From positions 193,110-257,109 of the forward strand of contig CANQYI010000001.1 in the NCBI GenBank assembly GCA_947628005.1: a DNA stretch of 64,000 nucleotides, given 5' to 3'. This DNA comes from an uncultured Clostridia bacterium (GTDB lineage: Bacteria; Bacillota; Clostridia; TANB77; CAG-465). How positions within the stretch are numbered: the stretch's first letter is position 1; each line of letters opens with the position of its first letter. Below the pieces are notes generated by a model, which ran no database searches, was not told the origin of the DNA, and was given only the letters and a program-made list of their open reading frames with translations. This document shows positions 20,745 to 33,676 of this stretch, one piece after another. The translations under genes were made by a program, and so were the position numbers.

Positions 20745-23700
20745 TTAATTGTTAGATATTTTTACCACGTCATCTTTTAGAATTTGATCGTCTTTTATCA
20801 AATATTTATCTTGTTCTTCTTGAATTCTTTTCTTAATTGATTCTTTCGTATCAACTTCTAATTTATTATAATCTACAACGCCTGTTCCAGCAGGAATTAA
20901 TCTACCAATAATAACATTTTCTTTTAATCCTTGTAACTTATCTACTTTTCCTCTAACAGCTGCGTCTGTTAAAACTCTAGCTGTCTCTTGGAATGATGCA
21001 GCAGATAAGAAAGAATCTGTAAGAAGAGCTATTTTTGTGATACCAAGTAATACTTTCTTTCCTTTTGCTGGCTTTTTATCATTTGCTATTGCCTCTTTAT
21101 TAGCAATATTAAATTCAGTCATATCTATTGTAGATCCAGCAATAAGATTTGTTTGTCCTGCATCTTCTACTTGTATTTTTCTTAACATTTGACGTGCAAC
21201 AACTTCAATATGTTTATCGTCTATATGTACACCTTGTGTTCTATAAACTTTTTGAACTTCTTCTATTAAGTAATTTTGAACAGCAACATCGCCTTTTATT
21301 CTAATTATATCATGAGGATCCATAGAACCTTCTGTTATTCTATCTCCTGCTTTTACTTTATCGCCGTCATTTACTACAAGTCTTAATCCAAAATCAATTA
21401 CATATTTTTCAGTGTATTTATCATCTCTTGTAACAATTACTTCTTTATTATTTCCACGAGTACCTATACTTACTGTACCATCTATTTCAGTAACCATAGC
21501 TACACCCTTTGGTTTTCTTGCTTCAAACAATTCTTCAACTCTTGGAAGACCTTGAGTTATATCAGAACCTGCAACACCACCAGAGTGAATTGTTCTCATT
21601 GTAAGCTGTGTTCCTGGTTCACCTATAGATTGTGCTGCTATAATTCCTATTGCTTCTCCAGGAGTTATAGGCTCTCCAGTTGCCATATTCTTACCATAAC
21701 ATTTTGCACATATACCTCTAGTAGATTCGCAAGTAAGTGCTGAACGAATTTTAACTTTAGTATAGCCCATATTTACTATATCTTTAGCTATATCATCATT
21801 TACATATGTGTTTCTTTCATATATAACTTTTCCATCTTTATCAGTTATATCTTGTGCTAAGAATCTACCTTCAATTCTTTCTTGAAGTTTTTCAATTGGC
21901 TCTCCACTCTCAGTTATTTCTGAAACTTCAAAGCCATGATCTGTTCCACAATCATCTTCCATTACTATTACATCTTGGTTAACATCAACAAGTCTTCTTG
22001 TTAAGTATCCAGAGTCTGCTGTTCTTAATGCTGTATCTGCAAGTCCTTTTCTTGCACCGTGAGATGCAATAAAGAATTCAATAACATCAAGCCCCTCTTT
22101 AAAACAAGATTTTATAGGAAGTTCTATTGTTTGACCCATAGTATTTGCCATTAATCCACGCATACCTGTTAACTGTCTTATCTGTGTAGGGTTACCTCTG
22201 GCACCTGTATGAGCCATCATTTGAATTGGATTCATTTTATCAGGATTGCTCATTATTGCTGCTTGAACTTTATCTGTTGCATCAGACCAAATTTTGATTA
22301 TTTCATTATATCTTTCATCGTTAGATATTAAACCTCTTTTAAAGTTTTTAATTACTTTATCAGCCTGTTCTTCAGCTTGTGCTAGTATTTCTTTCTTCTC
22401 TTCTGGTATTATCATATCAGATACTGAAACTGTAACTGCTGATTTTGTTGAATATTTGTAACCATAAGATTTAATATCATCAAGTACTACAGCTGTTTCT
22501 GAAATTCCATGTTTAGCAATACATTTATCAATTATTTGTCCTAGTTCTTTCTTTCTTACTGGGAAATTAACTTCTAGTTCAAATAGATTGTCAGGGTTAG
22601 TTCTATCCACAAATCCAATATCTTGTGGTATATAACTATTGAATATAAGTCTTCCTGGAGTAGCATCAATTATTTTTGATTTTTTCTCTCCATTTATTTC
22701 TTTTGTTACTCTTACCTTAATTGCAGAATGTAATCCTACTACACCCTCATCATAAGCCATCATAACTTCATCAACATCTGAAAATACTTTTCCTTCTCCT
22801 GGCTCACCTGCAACATCAACTGTTAAATAATAGTTACCTATTATCATATCTTGAGATGGAATTGCAACTGGTTTACCATCTTGTAATTTTAACAAGTTAT
22901 TTGAAGCTAACATTAATATTTTTGCTTCTGCTTGTGCTTCTGGAGATAATGGAACGTGAACCGCCATTTGGTCTCCATCAAAGTCTGCATTAAATGCAGC
23001 ACAAACAAGAGGATGTAATTTTATTGCTCTTCCTTCTACTAGTACAGGTTCAAAAGCTTGAATTCCTAATCTATGAAGTGTTGGAGCACGGTTAAGCATT
23101 ACAGGTCTATCTTTTATAACTTCTTCTAAGACATCCCAAACTTCTACTGAAGTTCTTTCAACCATTCTTTTAGCATTCTTTATATTAAATGCCATTCCTC
23201 TTTTTACAAGTTCTTTCATTACGAATGGTTTAAATAGCTCTAATGCCATTTCTCTAGGAAGTCCACATTGATGTATCTTAAGTGAAGGACCAACAACTAT
23301 AACTGAACGACCAGAGTAGTCAACTCTCTTACCAAGTAAGTTTTGTCTAAATCTACCTTGTTTTCCTTTTAACATGTCAGATAGTGATTTTAGAGGTCTT
23401 CCACCAGCACCTGTTATTGGTTTACCACGTCTACCGTTATCAATCAAAGCATCTACTGCTTCTTGTAGCATACGTTTTTCATTTCTTACTATAATATCAG
23501 GTGCTTCTAATTCTAATAATCTCTTTAATCTGTTATTTCTATTTATAACTCTTCTATATAAATCATTTAAATCAGAAGTAGCAAATCTACCTCCATCAAG
23601 TTGTACCATCGGTCTAAGTTCTGGTGGAATTACTGGTAATACTTCTAATATCATCCATTCAGGTCTATTACCTGAATTTATAAATGCATCTATTGTTTCT

Positions 23701-24332
23701 AGTCTCTTTATTATTTTTGCTCTCTTTGCTCCCTGAGTTTTTTCTAACTCTTTCTTCAAAGATTTTTGCAATTTTACTAAATCAATTTCTTTTAAAAGTT
23801 CTCTAATTGCTTCTGCACCCATGCCAACTTTTAATCCATCTGATCCGTACTTTTCTATAGCTTCTCTATATTCTTTTTCATTTAATACATCGCATTTAGC
23901 AAATCCTGAATCTTTTGGATCGATAACTATATAAGAAGCAAAATATAAAACTTTTTCTAGAGCCTTTGGAGAAATATCAAGCATTAAGCTCATTCTTCCA
24001 GGTATTCCTTTAAAGAACCAAATATGAGAAACTGGACAAGCTAGTTCTATATGACCTAGTCTTTCACGTCTAACTTTCTTCTTTGTTACTTCAACTCCAC
24101 ATCTATCACATATGATACCTTTATATCTTACTTTTTTGTATTTACCACAATAACATTCCCAATCTTTAGTAGGTCCAAATATTTTTTCACAAAATAGTCC
24201 ATCTCTTTCTGGCTTAAGTGTTCTGTAATTTATAGTTTCAGGTTTTTTTACTTCCCCTTTAGACCATTCTCTGATCTTTTCTGGAGATGCAAGTCCTATA
24301 CTTAATCTGTCAAAATTTTCTAAATCTTGCAT
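20745..24332 (-). CDS. rpoC: DNA-directed RNA polymerase subunit beta'
   Basis: Conserved NADFDGD catalytic motif, zinc-binding cysteines and trigger-loop region. Confidence 0.98.
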   Translation of the reverse strand: MQDLENFDRLSIGLASPEKIREWSKGEVKKPETINYRTLKPERDGLFCEKIFGPTKDWECYCGKYKKVRYKGIICDRCGVEVTKKKVRRERLGHIELACPVSHIWFFKGIPGRMSLMLDISPKALEKVLYFASYIVIDPKDSGFAKCDVLNEKEYREAIEKYGSDGLKVGMGAEAIRELLKEIDLVKLQKSLKKELEKTQGAKRAKIIKRLETIDAFINSGNRPEWMILEVLPVIPPELRPMVQLDGGRFATSDLNDLYRRVINRNNRLKRLLELEAPDIIVRNEKRMLQEAVDALIDNGRRGKPITGAGGRPLKSLSDMLKGKQGRFRQNLLGKRVDYSGRSVIVVGPSLKIHQCGLPREMALELFKPFVMKELVKRGMAFNIKNAKRMVERTSVEVWDVLEEVIKDRPVMLNRAPTLHRLGIQAFEPVLVEGRAIKLHPLVCAAFNADFDGDQMAVHVPLSPEAQAEAKILMLASNNLLKLQDGKPVAIPSQDMIIGNYYLTVDVAGEPGEGKVFSDVDEVMMAYDEGVVGLHSAIKVRVTKEINGEKKSKIIDATPGRLIFNSYIPQDIGFVDRTNPDNLFELEVNFPVRKKELGQIIDKCIAKHGISETAVVLDDIKSYGYKYSTKSAVTVSVSDMIIPEEKKEILAQAEEQADKVIKNFKRGLISNDERYNEIIKIWSDATDKVQAAIMSNPDKMNPIQMMAHTGARGNPTQIRQLTGMRGLMANTMGQTIELPIKSCFKEGLDVIEFFIASHGARKGLADTALRTADSGYLTRRLVDVNQDVIVMEDDCGTDHGFEVSEITESGEPIEKLQERIEGRFLAQDITDKDGKVIYERNTYVNDDIAKDIVNMGYTKVKIRSALTCESTRGICAKCYGKNMATGEPITPGEAIGIIAAQSIGEPGTQLTMRTIHSGGVAGSDITQGLPRVEELFEARKPKGVAMVTEIDGTVSIGTRGNNKEVIVTRDDKYTEKYVIDFGLRLVVNDGDKVKAGDRITEGSMDPHDIIRIKGDVAVQNYLIEEVQKVYRTQGVHIDDKHIEVVARQMLRKIQVEDAGQTNLIAGSTIDMTEFNIANKEAIANDKKPAKGKKVLLGITKIALLTDSFLSAASFQETARVLTDAAVRGKVDKLQGLKENVIIGRLIPAGTGVVDYNKLEVDTKESIKKRIQEEQDKYLIKDDQILKDDVVKISNN

Positions 24333-24344
24333 TTTATATCCTCC

Positions 24345-27300
24345 TTATATTTCGTCGTCGTCAACATCGTCAACATCTTCAATGTCATCATCATCAATAT
24401 CGTCATCATTATCAAGCACTTGACCTTCATCGTCTTCTAAAGTCATACCAGCAAAATCATCATCTGTAACTTCCATAGAAGGTTCTTCTTCATCAAAGTT
24501 TGGTTCAACGCCATCATTATCTAATTCAGTAGATTCCTTTAATTCAAGTTCTTGATCTTCTCTATACATTTTTAAATCTAAGCCTAAACTTTGTAACTCT
24601 TTTGTAAGTACTCTAAATGATTCTGGAATTCCTGGTGTAGGAATATTTTCTCCTTTAACTATGGCTTCATATGTTTTCAATCTTCCTACAACATCATCTG
24701 ATTTAACTGTAAGAATTTCTTGTAATGTATATGAAGCACCATAAGCTTCTAGAGCCCAAACTTCCATCTCACCAAATCTTTGACCACCAAATTGTGCTTT
24801 ACCACCTAAAGGTTGTTGTGTTACAAGCGAATATGGACCGATAGAACGAGCATGTATCTTATCTTCAACCATGTGATATAGTTTTAACATATACATGTAA
24901 CCTACAGCAACTTCTCTATCAAATGGTTCTCCTGTTCTACCATCAAATACTTTAAACTTTCCATTAGGATTTAATCCTTGTTTTTCAAACAATTCTCTTA
25001 TATCGCTCTCATGAGCTCCATCAAATACTGGTGTAGCAATTTTCCAACCTAAAGTTTTTGCTACATATCCTAAATGTAGTTCTAGTACCTGACCAACATT
25101 CATACGTGATGGTATACCTTGAGGATTAAGTACTATTTGTAAAGGTGTTCCATCTTCTAAGTATGGCATATCTTCTCTTGGTAATATACGAGAAATAACA
25201 CCCTTATTTCCGTGACGTCCTGCAAGTTTATCACCAACAGCAATTTTTCTTTTTTGTGCTATATATATTCTTACTACTTTATGAACTCCTGCTGCAAGTT
25301 CATCACAATTGTCTCTAGTAAATATTTTTACATCAACAACAGTTCCTGCTTCTCCGTGTGGAACTCTTAAAGAAGTATCTCTAACTTCTCTTGCTTTTTC
25401 TCCAAATATTGCACGAAGTAATTTTTCTTCAGCTGTAAGTTCGGTTTCTCCCTTTGGAGTTACTTTACCTACTAAAATATCTCCTGGTACAACTTCAGAG
25501 CCAATTCTTATAATTCCATTTTCATCCAAATCTTTTAGAGCATCGTCACCAACATTTGGTACTTCTCTAGTTATTTCTTCTGGTCCAAGTTTTGTATCTC
25601 TTGCTTCACAATCGTAATCCTCTATGTGTATAGTTGTTAATACATCATCTTTTACTAAATCCTCAGATATTAATATAGCATCTTCGTAGTTATAACCTTC
25701 CCAAGTCATAAATCCAACAAGTATATTTTTACCTAAAGCAAGTTCTCCTTTATCAGTTGAAGGTCCATCAGCAATAACATCGCCTTTTTTAACTTTCTCA
25801 CCTTTTAGAACTATAGGCTTTTGATTTATACAAGTTCCTTGGTTTGAACGTTGATATTTTATAAGATGATATTCATCTTTACCTTTTTTAGTATCGATTA
25901 TTATTTTATCTGCACTTACATAGTCTACAACACCATCATTTTTGGCAGTTATAACTATTCCTGAATCAACAGCTGCTTTATATTCTATTCCTGTTCCAAC
26001 TATTGGGCTATCAGATCTAATAAGTGGAACTGCTTGACGTTGCATGTTTGATCCCATAAGAGCACGTTTTGCATCATCGTTTTCCAAGAAAGGTATCATG
26101 GCTGTAGCAACAGATACAAGTTGTTTTGGTGATACATCCATAAGTTGAACTTTCTCTTTTTCTATCTCTAATATTTCATCTTTGTGTCTTACTTTTACTC
26201 TTTTATTCAAGAATGTTCCATCTTTATCTATTGGTTCATTTGCTTGCGCAACAATATACTTATCTTCTTCGTCTGCAGTTAAATATACTACTTCATTTGT
26301 AACTTTTCCTGTATCTTTATCTACCACTCTATAAGGTGTTTCTATAAATCCATATCTATTTATTTTAGCAAATGTTGAAAGTGAAGATATAAGACCTATA
26401 TTTGGTCCTTCTGGAGATTCAATAGGACAAAGTCTACCATAGTGAGTATGATGAACGTCACGTACTTCGAATCCAGCTCTATCACGAGTAAGACCACCTG
26501 GTCCTAATGCTGATATTCTTCTTTTATGAGTAAGCTCTGCTAATGGATTTATTTGATCCATAAATTGTGATAATTGAGAGCTTCCGAAGAATTCTCTAAG
26601 TGAACCAACTATTGGTTTTATATTAATCAATGTTTGAGGTGTTGCTATATCTAAATCTTGAGTTGCCATTCTTTCACGTACAACTCTTTCAAGTCTTGCA
26701 AGACCTACTCTAAATTGATTTTGTAATAATTCTCCAACACATCTTACACGTCTATTTCCTAAATGATCAATATCATCTATACTACCCATATCGTATTTAA
26801 AGTTCAAGAAATAGTTAATAGAAGCTATTATATCATCTACAGTTGCATGTTTTATAACTAATTTTTCTCTATTTTGTTTTATTTTCTTTCTTAGTTCTTC
26901 TTCTTTAACATCGCCAAGAGAATCTAATAATTCTTTTAGTGCTGGGAAATATACTTCCTCTTTTATAACTTCTTTATCAATGTCTATACCTAAATATTTT
27001 GAAATATCTACAGTATTATTTCCTATTACTTTTACCTTTTTATCATCTTTTTTTACGTATACAACATTTATTCCAGAATTTTTTATTTCTAGAGCTTTTT
27101 CTGGAGATATAACTTCATCTTTATTTACAATGATTTCTCCTGTTTCAGGATTTACAACATCTTCTGCAGCTACCATATTTTCTACTCTAGCTGCAATACT
27201 TAATTTTTTGTTATATTTATATCTTCCTACTCTAGATAAATCATATCTTCTTGCTTCAAATAATAATCCATATAGTAAACTTTTAGCAGCATCTACATGT

Positions 27301-28031
27301 AAAGGCTCGCCTGGTCTTAATTTTTTGTATATTTCAAGTAATGCATCATCAGTTGTCTTTACTGTATCTTTGTAAAGGATCTCATTTATTTGATCATCTT
27401 CAAAAAGTTCTGAAATTTGTGCATCTGTTTCAATACCTAATGCTCTTACTAAAGTTGTAACTGGAACTTTTCTTGTTCTATCAACTCTTGCATAAATCAT
27501 GTCAGATGAATCATTTTCATATTCAATCCATGTCCCACGATTAGGCATAACAGTTGCTGTATATATAAATTTTCCTGTTTTATCTCTTTCAGCAGTATAG
27601 TAAACACCTGGTGAACGTACAAGTTGTGAAATAACAACTCTTTCTGCTCCATTTATTAAGAATGTTCCACTATCTGTCATTATAGGAAGGTCGCCTAAAA
27701 AGATTTCTTGTTCTTTAATTTCACCTGTCTCACGGTTTATTAAACGAACTTGAACTTGTAACCTTGAAGAATAACTAGTATTTCTTTCTTTAGCTTCTTC
27801 TATTGTATATTTAGTTTCATCCTCCAACCTATAATCTACAAATTCCAACATTAAATTTCCAGAAAAATCTGTTATAGGTGAAGCATCAGACAAAACGTCT
27901 TTTAATCCTGATTTTAAAAACCATTCATAAGATTGTTTTTGAATATCAATCAAATCTGGTATATCAATTACCTCTTTAATCTTAGAAAAACTCTTTCTAA
28001 CTGCTTTTCCGTTTTTAACTTCATGAACCAT
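24345..28031 (-). CDS. rpoB: DNA-directed RNA polymerase subunit beta, with an unusually long acidic C-terminal tail
   Basis: Fully conserved RpoB. GGGGG RBS. C-terminus …[23 protein letters not shown]. Confidence 0.98.
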   Translation of the reverse strand: MVHEVKNGKAVRKSFSKIKEVIDIPDLIDIQKQSYEWFLKSGLKDVLSDASPITDFSGNLMLEFVDYRLEDETKYTIEEAKERNTSYSSRLQVQVRLINRETGEIKEQEIFLGDLPIMTDSGTFLINGAERVVISQLVRSPGVYYTAERDKTGKFIYTATVMPNRGTWIEYENDSSDMIYARVDRTRKVPVTTLVRALGIETDAQISELFEDDQINEILYKDTVKTTDDALLEIYKKLRPGEPLHVDAAKSLLYGLLFEARRYDLSRVGRYKYNKKLSIAARVENMVAAEDVVNPETGEIIVNKDEVISPEKALEIKNSGINVVYVKKDDKKVKVIGNNTVDISKYLGIDIDKEVIKEEVYFPALKELLDSLGDVKEEELRKKIKQNREKLVIKHATVDDIIASINYFLNFKYDMGSIDDIDHLGNRRVRCVGELLQNQFRVGLARLERVVRERMATQDLDIATPQTLINIKPIVGSLREFFGSSQLSQFMDQINPLAELTHKRRISALGPGGLTRDRAGFEVRDVHHTHYGRLCPIESPEGPNIGLISSLSTFAKINRYGFIETPYRVVDKDTGKVTNEVVYLTADEEDKYIVAQANEPIDKDGTFLNKRVKVRHKDEILEIEKEKVQLMDVSPKQLVSVATAMIPFLENDDAKRALMGSNMQRQAVPLIRSDSPIVGTGIEYKAAVDSGIVITAKNDGVVDYVSADKIIIDTKKGKDEYHLIKYQRSNQGTCINQKPIVLKGEKVKKGDVIADGPSTDKGELALGKNILVGFMTWEGYNYEDAILISEDLVKDDVLTTIHIEDYDCEARDTKLGPEEITREVPNVGDDALKDLDENGIIRIGSEVVPGDILVGKVTPKGETELTAEEKLLRAIFGEKAREVRDTSLRVPHGEAGTVVDVKIFTRDNCDELAAGVHKVVRIYIAQKRKIAVGDKLAGRHGNKGVISRILPREDMPYLEDGTPLQIVLNPQGIPSRMNVGQVLELHLGYVAKTLGWKIATPVFDGAHESDIRELFEKQGLNPNGKFKVFDGRTGEPFDREVAVGYMYMLKLYHMVEDKIHARSIGPYSLVTQQPLGGKAQFGGQRFGEMEVWALEAYGASYTLQEILTVKSDDVVGRLKTYEAIVKGENIPTPGIPESFRVLTKELQSLGLDLKMYREDQELELKESTELDNDGVEPNFDEEEPSMEVTDDDFAGMTLEDDEGQVLDNDDDIDDDDIEDVDDVDDDEI

Positions 28032-28307
28032 TTATATACCCCCATAATACCGACAACATTAAAAAGACGACAAAAAACCAAATTAGTTTACATAATAACT
28101 AATTTGAGCTTTTATTCATCTTTTTTAACATTTTTGAAAATTAAATTTTCTCAACTATTTCAACCATCCTTTGCATCATAGTTTACATAGTAATTATATA
28201 TAAGAAACAATTTTAAAATATTATACCACATTAAGAAAAGTATGTCAAATAAAAAAAGACAATTTTTATTTATTTTTTAGACATTTTTTAAATAATATTT
28301 TTTGCAC

Positions 28308-28325
28308 TTGACAAATATGATATAA
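28308..28325 (+). promoter_or_regulatory. putative promoter with an extended -10 element (TTGACA … TGaTATAAT) upstream of the 28363 ORF
   Basis: TTGACA at 28308-28313 and TGATATAAT at 28317-28325. The spacing to TTGACA is too short for a canonical -35, so the extended -10 is the main evidence. Confidence 0.4.
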
Positions 28326-28362
28326 TTATGTAAAGTAAAGTTTACTAAACCCAAAAATAATT

Positions 28363-28710
28363 TTGAAAGGACTGTCAATCATGGTAGAGGCAAATGCAAA
28401 TTTGAAGAGAATAGGTAAGATTAATTTTTCAGAGCTCAAAGACATGCGTCAGACTACAAAAATAATCGTAAACTCCGATGACTTTTTTAGTTTCTTCCCA
28501 AAAATAATCAATTCCGCGACTTCTGATAAGTCAAAAATTAGGGAAATCTATAAAAAGTATCTTGCTGTATGTTCTTTTTGTGCTCCCAAACCCACTGATA
28601 CAATATTTATGTATGTGGGCGATGCAATAGCTTATTTTGAACCAGTAAAAAACAGCATAAACAGCTACACTTTATCCATAAACCTCAAAGTAAATCCAAT
28701 TAAAAAATAA
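28363..28710 (+). CDS. hypothetical small protein (115 aa), no recognisable domain
   Basis: ORF preceded by an AAGGA RBS-like sequence (GAAAGGACTG). Convergent with prfA. Confidence 0.4.
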   Translation: MKGLSIMVEANANLKRIGKINFSELKDMRQTTKIIVNSDDFFSFFPKIINSATSDKSKIREIYKKYLAVCSFCAPKPTDTIFMYVGDAIAYFEPVKNSINSYTLSINLKVNPIKK

Positions 28711-28746
28711 AAATTAGGCAGTACATATATTGTACTGCCTAATTTT

Positions 28747-29805
28747 TTATATACCTTGTTTTAATTTTTCTGCTCTATCAGCTGTTATTAAAGCCTCAAC
28801 CATTTCGTCTATATTTCCATTCATAAAGCTTTCTAATTGATACATAGTATAATTTATTCTGTGATCTGTAACTCTACTTTGTGGGTAATTATAAGTTCTT
28901 ATTTTCTCACTTCTATCTCCACTTCCTACTTGTAATCTTCTTGTATCAGTAAGTTCTTTTTCCTGTTCTTCTAATTTCTTTTCATATAATTTAGAACGTA
29001 GCATTTTCATTGCAGTTTCTTTGTTTTGTAATTGTGACCTTTCATTTTGGCAAGCAACTACAATACCTGTAGGAATATGAGTTATTCTTATCGCTGATGA
29101 AGTTTTATTTACGTGTTGTCCACCTGCACCACTTGATCTATAAGTATCTATTCTTAGATCATTTTGATTAATTTCAACCTCTACATCTTCTACTTCTGGT
29201 AAAACAGCTACTGTAACAGTTGAAGTATGTATTCTTCCACTTGCCTCTGTTTCAGGAACTCTTTGCACTCTATGAACACCACTCTCAAATTTAAGTCTAC
29301 TGTAAGCCCCTTTTCCTTTTATCATAAATGAAACTTCTTTTATTCCACCAATACCTGTTTCATTTATATCAATAAGTTCCACCTGCCATCTTTTTAAATC
29401 TGCATACATAGTGTACATTCTATATAAATTATATGCAAATAAAGCTGCTTCTTCTCCACCAGCTCCGCCACGTATTTCAATAATAACATTATTATCATCA
29501 TTTACATCTTTTGGCAGTAATAGAATTTTTAATTCTTCTTCCATTTTTTCTAATTTTTCTTTACAAGAATAAAATTCCTCTTCAGCAATTTCTTTCATAT
29601 CTGCATCTTGCATCAATTCTTTTGCTTCTTCCATATTAGCCTTTATATTTTTATATTCTGTATACTTATCAGCAACATCTTTTATCATAGATTGTTCCTT
29701 CATAAGTTTACGCCATGTATCTTGATCAGATATTATTTCAGGATCTGAAATCTTTTCAGTTAAATCATTATATTTACTCAACAATTCTTCTAATTTATCA
29801 AACAT
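28747..29805 (-). CDS. prfA: peptide chain release factor 1
   Basis: GGQ motif ([11 protein letters not shown]) and the RF1-type tripeptide region RVQRVPETE (PxT), not the RF2 SPF motif. Start taken at MFDKLEEL. Confidence 0.88.
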   Translation of the reverse strand: MFDKLEELLSKYNDLTEKISDPEIISDQDTWRKLMKEQSMIKDVADKYTEYKNIKANMEEAKELMQDADMKEIAEEEFYSCKEKLEKMEEELKILLLPKDVNDDNNVIIEIRGGAGGEEAALFAYNLYRMYTMYADLKRWQVELIDINETGIGGIKEVSFMIKGKGAYSRLKFESGVHRVQRVPETEASGRIHTSTVTVAVLPEVEDVEVEINQNDLRIDTYRSSGAGGQHVNKTSSAIRITHIPTGIVVACQNERSQLQNKETAMKMLRSKLYEKKLEEQEKELTDTRRLQVGSGDRSEKIRTYNYPQSRVTDHRINYTMYQLESFMNGNIDEMVEALITADRAEKLKQGI

Positions 29806-30119
29806 ATAATTTCTCCATTCTATAAATATTATACACCGTGAATCTAATTTTACCACATATTATTGATTTTTTCAATACGCAATATGCGTATATAATTACA
29901 AACTATTTTTAAAATTTAATTTTTAACACTTTTTTACTTCTTTAATATGAATAACTCTTTTTCATTTATATTTATTTTTTATGTGCTAATTTCTTGATAC
30001 TCTAAAAAATTCTAATTGATTTTTAACTTTTTTGGTGCATATACTTTATCTTCTTCAATCATTTTATCAACTCCTTTAGGTAAAAAAGAAAGATACATAC
30101 AACTGTATCTTTCACTATA

Positions 30120-31220
30120 TTATTTCATATAAAGAGCTACGCGAAAGCCTCTACCATATTCAACATTAGGAAATTCATAACCTCTCAAAGAAGCAGAATA
30201 GTTAACACTTCCCATTTCATGCATGCCACCTCTACATATTCTATATTTATTTTTATACGATTCCATTGTCCATTCATAAACATTACCAGCCAAGTCATAT
30301 ATATTTTTTACCGAATTAATAATATTATCACTATCTGTACCTGTTAATTGTGCTGATGCACTCACATAATATCCCATATTAGTACTATCTTCTATATATT
30401 TTTTATTATTATATGGATTTTCTATATCACTAACAAAGTCCATAATTAAATCCCACTCAATACCATAACATAGAGTAGATATAACGCCTGTATCATTTGT
30501 TAAATTATCAGGTAGACCGTATTTTGATAATTGATTAACGTTTGGATACATAGAACGTGCAACTTTTACTGCTCCATCTTCTGTATCACTTCCTTGAATT
30601 CCATCTAAAGCATAACCATATGGAGAGCCCCATCTTATATTTTCCCAAACGCATTTTCCTTTTTTGGATACTGGTTGCACAGAACCATCTGTAAATAACA
30701 TTATTTTCTCTTTTTCAATTCCCGCTTCATATCTTGCAATATAAAATCCTTGATATTTATACATACTTTCATATAATTCTTTAGATTCAACTGTTGAATT
30801 AATATAATCCGCCGCATAACAATTAGTAAGGAATTCTTGTTCAGAGCCTCTATAATACCCTTCTTTCCCTTTAAAAGAAGCAATATCCTTTACCGGTATC
30901 CATACAAATTGATTTCCTTTTTCATCTTCTATAACAAGTCCATCATTCCATCCTTTAGGATGATTATTTTCATCAAGTTCCCAACTTGCAGTTTCAGTTT
31001 CTACTTTTTTAAAGCCTTTTGGAATAATGGGAGTATTATAATAACTTATTATTTCAATGCCTTCATAAGGTTTATAATTATCGACATATATATCAACATT
31101 TTGTGAATTAGTATCATCTTCTATACTATTATTTTTTTTAATAATTACTATTGTTGAAATTGTTACTATAATACTAACAATTACAATTAATATTAAATAT
31201 ATAATTTTTTTATTACTCAT
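30120..31220 (-). CDS. membrane-anchored formylglycine-generating enzyme (FGE-sulfatase/SUMF1) domain protein
   Basis: N-terminal TM. C-terminal …RICRGGMHEMGSVNYSASLRGYEFPNVEYGRGFRVALY resembles the FGE-sulfatase domain C-terminal signature. Confidence 0.55.
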   Translation of the reverse strand: MSNKKIIYLILIVIVSIIVTISTIVIIKKNNSIEDDTNSQNVDIYVDNYKPYEGIEIISYYNTPIIPKGFKKVETETASWELDENNHPKGWNDGLVIEDEKGNQFVWIPVKDIASFKGKEGYYRGSEQEFLTNCYAADYINSTVESKELYESMYKYQGFYIARYEAGIEKEKIMLFTDGSVQPVSKKGKCVWENIRWGSPYGYALDGIQGSDTEDGAVKVARSMYPNVNQLSKYGLPDNLTNDTGVISTLCYGIEWDLIMDFVSDIENPYNNKKYIEDSTNMGYYVSASAQLTGTDSDNIINSVKNIYDLAGNVYEWTMESYKNKYRICRGGMHEMGSVNYSASLRGYEFPNVEYGRGFRVALYMK

Positions 31221-31340
31221 AATTATATTTCACCTATAACAAATTATATTATATAATTGTTTTTATCAAATGTCAAAAATATGTAACTTTTTATTATAAA
31301 TATAAAAAATAAATCTACGGTATCTCCGTAGATTTACGTA

Positions 31341-31787
31341 TTAATCATCTAATTCATTTAATATTTTAAGTTGTGATTCCAAAGTTGCTGTTACTTTTAT
31401 TTTATAAATTTGCATTAGCTTTTTCTTCTCTTCTAATTCTTTTTCAGCACTTGCAATTTCTAGTTTTAAGCTTTCTAAATTTTTCTTTGCATCAATTTCT
31501 GCTTTATCTTTTATTGCCTCTGCTTCTTTTAAAGCAGTTTCTTTTATGCTTTCTGCTTGAGTTTGAGCGCTCTCTATAGTTTTATTTATTCCATCTTCTA
31601 TAGATTTGTAATAAGATACTGAGTCTTTCATTGTATTAGATTTACTTTTTAAATCTGCATTTTCCTTATATAATTTTTCATAATCTTCTATTACTGTTTC
31701 AAGGAAATCTTCTACTTCATCAATATCATATCCACCTATTTTTACTTTTTTAAACATTTTATTTTCTATATCAACCGGTGTTAACAT
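31341..31787 (-). CDS. DivIVA-domain protein
   Basis: N-terminus MLTPVDIENKMFKKVKIGGYDIDEVEDFLETV matches the DivIVA N-terminal domain, followed by coiled coil. Confidence 0.8.
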   Translation of the reverse strand: MLTPVDIENKMFKKVKIGGYDIDEVEDFLETVIEDYEKLYKENADLKSKSNTMKDSVSYYKSIEDGINKTIESAQTQAESIKETALKEAEAIKDKAEIDAKKNLESLKLEIASAEKELEEKKKLMQIYKIKVTATLESQLKILNELDD

Positions 31788-31845
31788 ATATTATCTCCCC
31801 CTTATATTATAATAAAACACAGGCAAAAACTGCCTGTGCTATTAA

Positions 31846-32367
31846 TTATTTAAGCCAAGAAAATGACAATTTTTGTTTATATTGACCTCTTTCTGCATCA
31901 TTTTGAATTTCAACATTTCTTGGTGTTATTAAATAAATTAAATTAGAAACTCTTTGTATAGTTCCATCTACCATAAAAGCAGCGCCACTTAAAAAATCTA
32001 ATATTCTTCTTGCTTCTTCTTTTCCAACACTTTCTAAATTTATTATAACTGATTTTTTATTCTTTAAGTATTCGCCTATTTCTTGCACATCTTCATAACA
32101 AGATGGTTGAGTTATCACCATTTTAGATGAAGAAACAGCTGTATTCATTGGTATTACTTTAGATTGATAATTTTTAGCTGAATAAGGACTTTCTTGTATT
32201 TCACTAAAAGATCTTCTTGCTCTTGGTGCTGGTTTTTCATATTCCTCTTCTTCTTCTACATTATCATCCTTATCATATTCCATTTCTACTTCTTCGTCAT
32301 CGTATTCTTCCTGTTGATTTCCCATGCCAATCATATCCATAAATTTGCTTATTATTGCTGCGCTCAT
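31846..32367 (-). CDS. sepF: cell division protein SepF
   Basis: C-terminal SepF domain (…ITQPSCYEDVQEIGEYLKNKKSVIINLESV…DFLSGAAFMVDGTIQRVSNLIYLITP…). Start at MSAAII with a strong GGGGG RBS. The ORF-track extension is rejected. Confidence 0.85.
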   Translation of the reverse strand: MSAAIISKFMDMIGMGNQQEEYDDEEVEMEYDKDDNVEEEEEYEKPAPRARRSFSEIQESPYSAKNYQSKVIPMNTAVSSSKMVITQPSCYEDVQEIGEYLKNKKSVIINLESVGKEEARRILDFLSGAAFMVDGTIQRVSNLIYLITPRNVEIQNDAERGQYKQKLSFSWLK

Positions 32368-32478
32368 ATTGAATAAACCCCCTATAATTTTTTTATATTC
32401 TACCTTAATTATGCTATAAAAGATAATATATGTCAAGCATTTTTATCAAATTTTACTATTTTTTTATGATAGATGATA

Positions 32479-33666
32479 TTAATAATTATGAATTAATTTC
32501 ATATCTGGATAATATTTCAATGCATCATCTCTAACACCGTTTTTATAAATTTCTAGATGTAAGTGTGGTCCAGTAGAATAACCTGTACTACCTACGTAAG
32601 CAATTACATCTCCTCTGTTAACCTTTTGGCCTTGACTAACATTTAGAGTTACGGCATGTCCATATAAACTTTTATAGTTATTTCCATCTACAGTACTTGT
32701 ACCGTGATCTATTATTATGTGATTTCCATAACCTGTATTTCCATATTGTGCCTTTACTACAGTTCCTGATTCTATTGCAAGTATTGGTGTTCCAAATATT
32801 CCAGCGCCTGCAATATCAGTACCTGTATGAGTACTTACATTACCAAATGGGCTATAACTTACTCCATATCTTGCTGTAATTATATTAAATCCTGGTACTG
32901 GCCAAGTAAATTGTCCTTCAAAGCTTGCATCTACATTAGCCATTTTCTTTACTTCTTCTGCAATAGCATTAGATGCTTCTTTTTCTTGTGAAGCAAGCTC
33001 TTGTGTTAATGCTTCTAGTTTGCTTTTTGAAGATTGAAGCTCTTCTAATTTTTTCTCTTGTGCAACTCTTGCATCTTCTAATGCTTTTGTTGATTTTTCC
33101 ACATCATATTTTAATTGTTCTAACTGAAGTTTTTGAACTTCCATATCTTTTTTTACAAAGTCTATATATTCTTTTTGACCTTGTATATTTCCAACTAAAG
33201 ATTTATCATATTCTAATATACTAGTATATACATTCATCTTAGCAAAGAAATCAGATATTCCTTTAGAAGAAAGTAAGATTTCTATTATTGAAGGTATTCC
33301 GTTTTCATATATTGCTCTAAGTCTTGTTTTATATAATTCTTCTGCACTATTATACTTTTGAGAAGAATTTTGTAGAGCATCTTCATACTCTTCTATTTTT
33401 TCATTTACTGCATCTACCTTTGATTTTACTATTTGTAACTTTATTGAATATTCTTCAACATCAGTCTTTAAATCTGTAAGTTCATACATATCTTGTTGTA
33501 TTTGCTCATCTACATCAGCTAAATCTGATTTAGCTTTTTGCTTTTGTGTTTGTATATTTTTTAATTGCTTATTTAAATCATCTATTGTTGAGCCTAATAT
33601 ATTATTATATAAAGGAAAAACCAATGTAAATATTGCTATTACAACTAATATTTTTTTAATTTTCAT
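32479..33666 (-). CDS. M23 family peptidase with N-terminal coiled-coil (EnvC/PcsB-like, FtsEX-associated)
   Basis: Signal/TM, long coiled-coil, then a C-terminal LytM/M23 domain (…HTGTDIAGAGIFGTPILAIESGTV…GPHLHLEIYKNG). Confidence 0.8.
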   Translation of the reverse strand: MKIKKILVVIAIFTLVFPLYNNILGSTIDDLNKQLKNIQTQKQKAKSDLADVDEQIQQDMYELTDLKTDVEEYSIKLQIVKSKVDAVNEKIEEYEDALQNSSQKYNSAEELYKTRLRAIYENGIPSIIEILLSSKGISDFFAKMNVYTSILEYDKSLVGNIQGQKEYIDFVKKDMEVQKLQLEQLKYDVEKSTKALEDARVAQEKKLEELQSSKSKLEALTQELASQEKEASNAIAEEVKKMANVDASFEGQFTWPVPGFNIITARYGVSYSPFGNVSTHTGTDIAGAGIFGTPILAIESGTVVKAQYGNTGYGNHIIIDHGTSTVDGNNYKSLYGHAVTLNVSQGQKVNRGDVIAYVGSTGYSTGPHLHLEIYKNGVRDDALKYYPDMKLIHNY

Positions 33667-33676
33667 AAAATTCCTC

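Noticed and set aside
21552-27375. Multiple 60-130-aa ORFs antisense to rpoB, rpoC, fusA and tuf (for example 23374-23736, 25309-25617, 26980-27375)
   Set aside because: Frame-shadow ORFs inside highly conserved genes of an AT-rich genome. Low-complexity Ser/Phe/Leu-rich translations.
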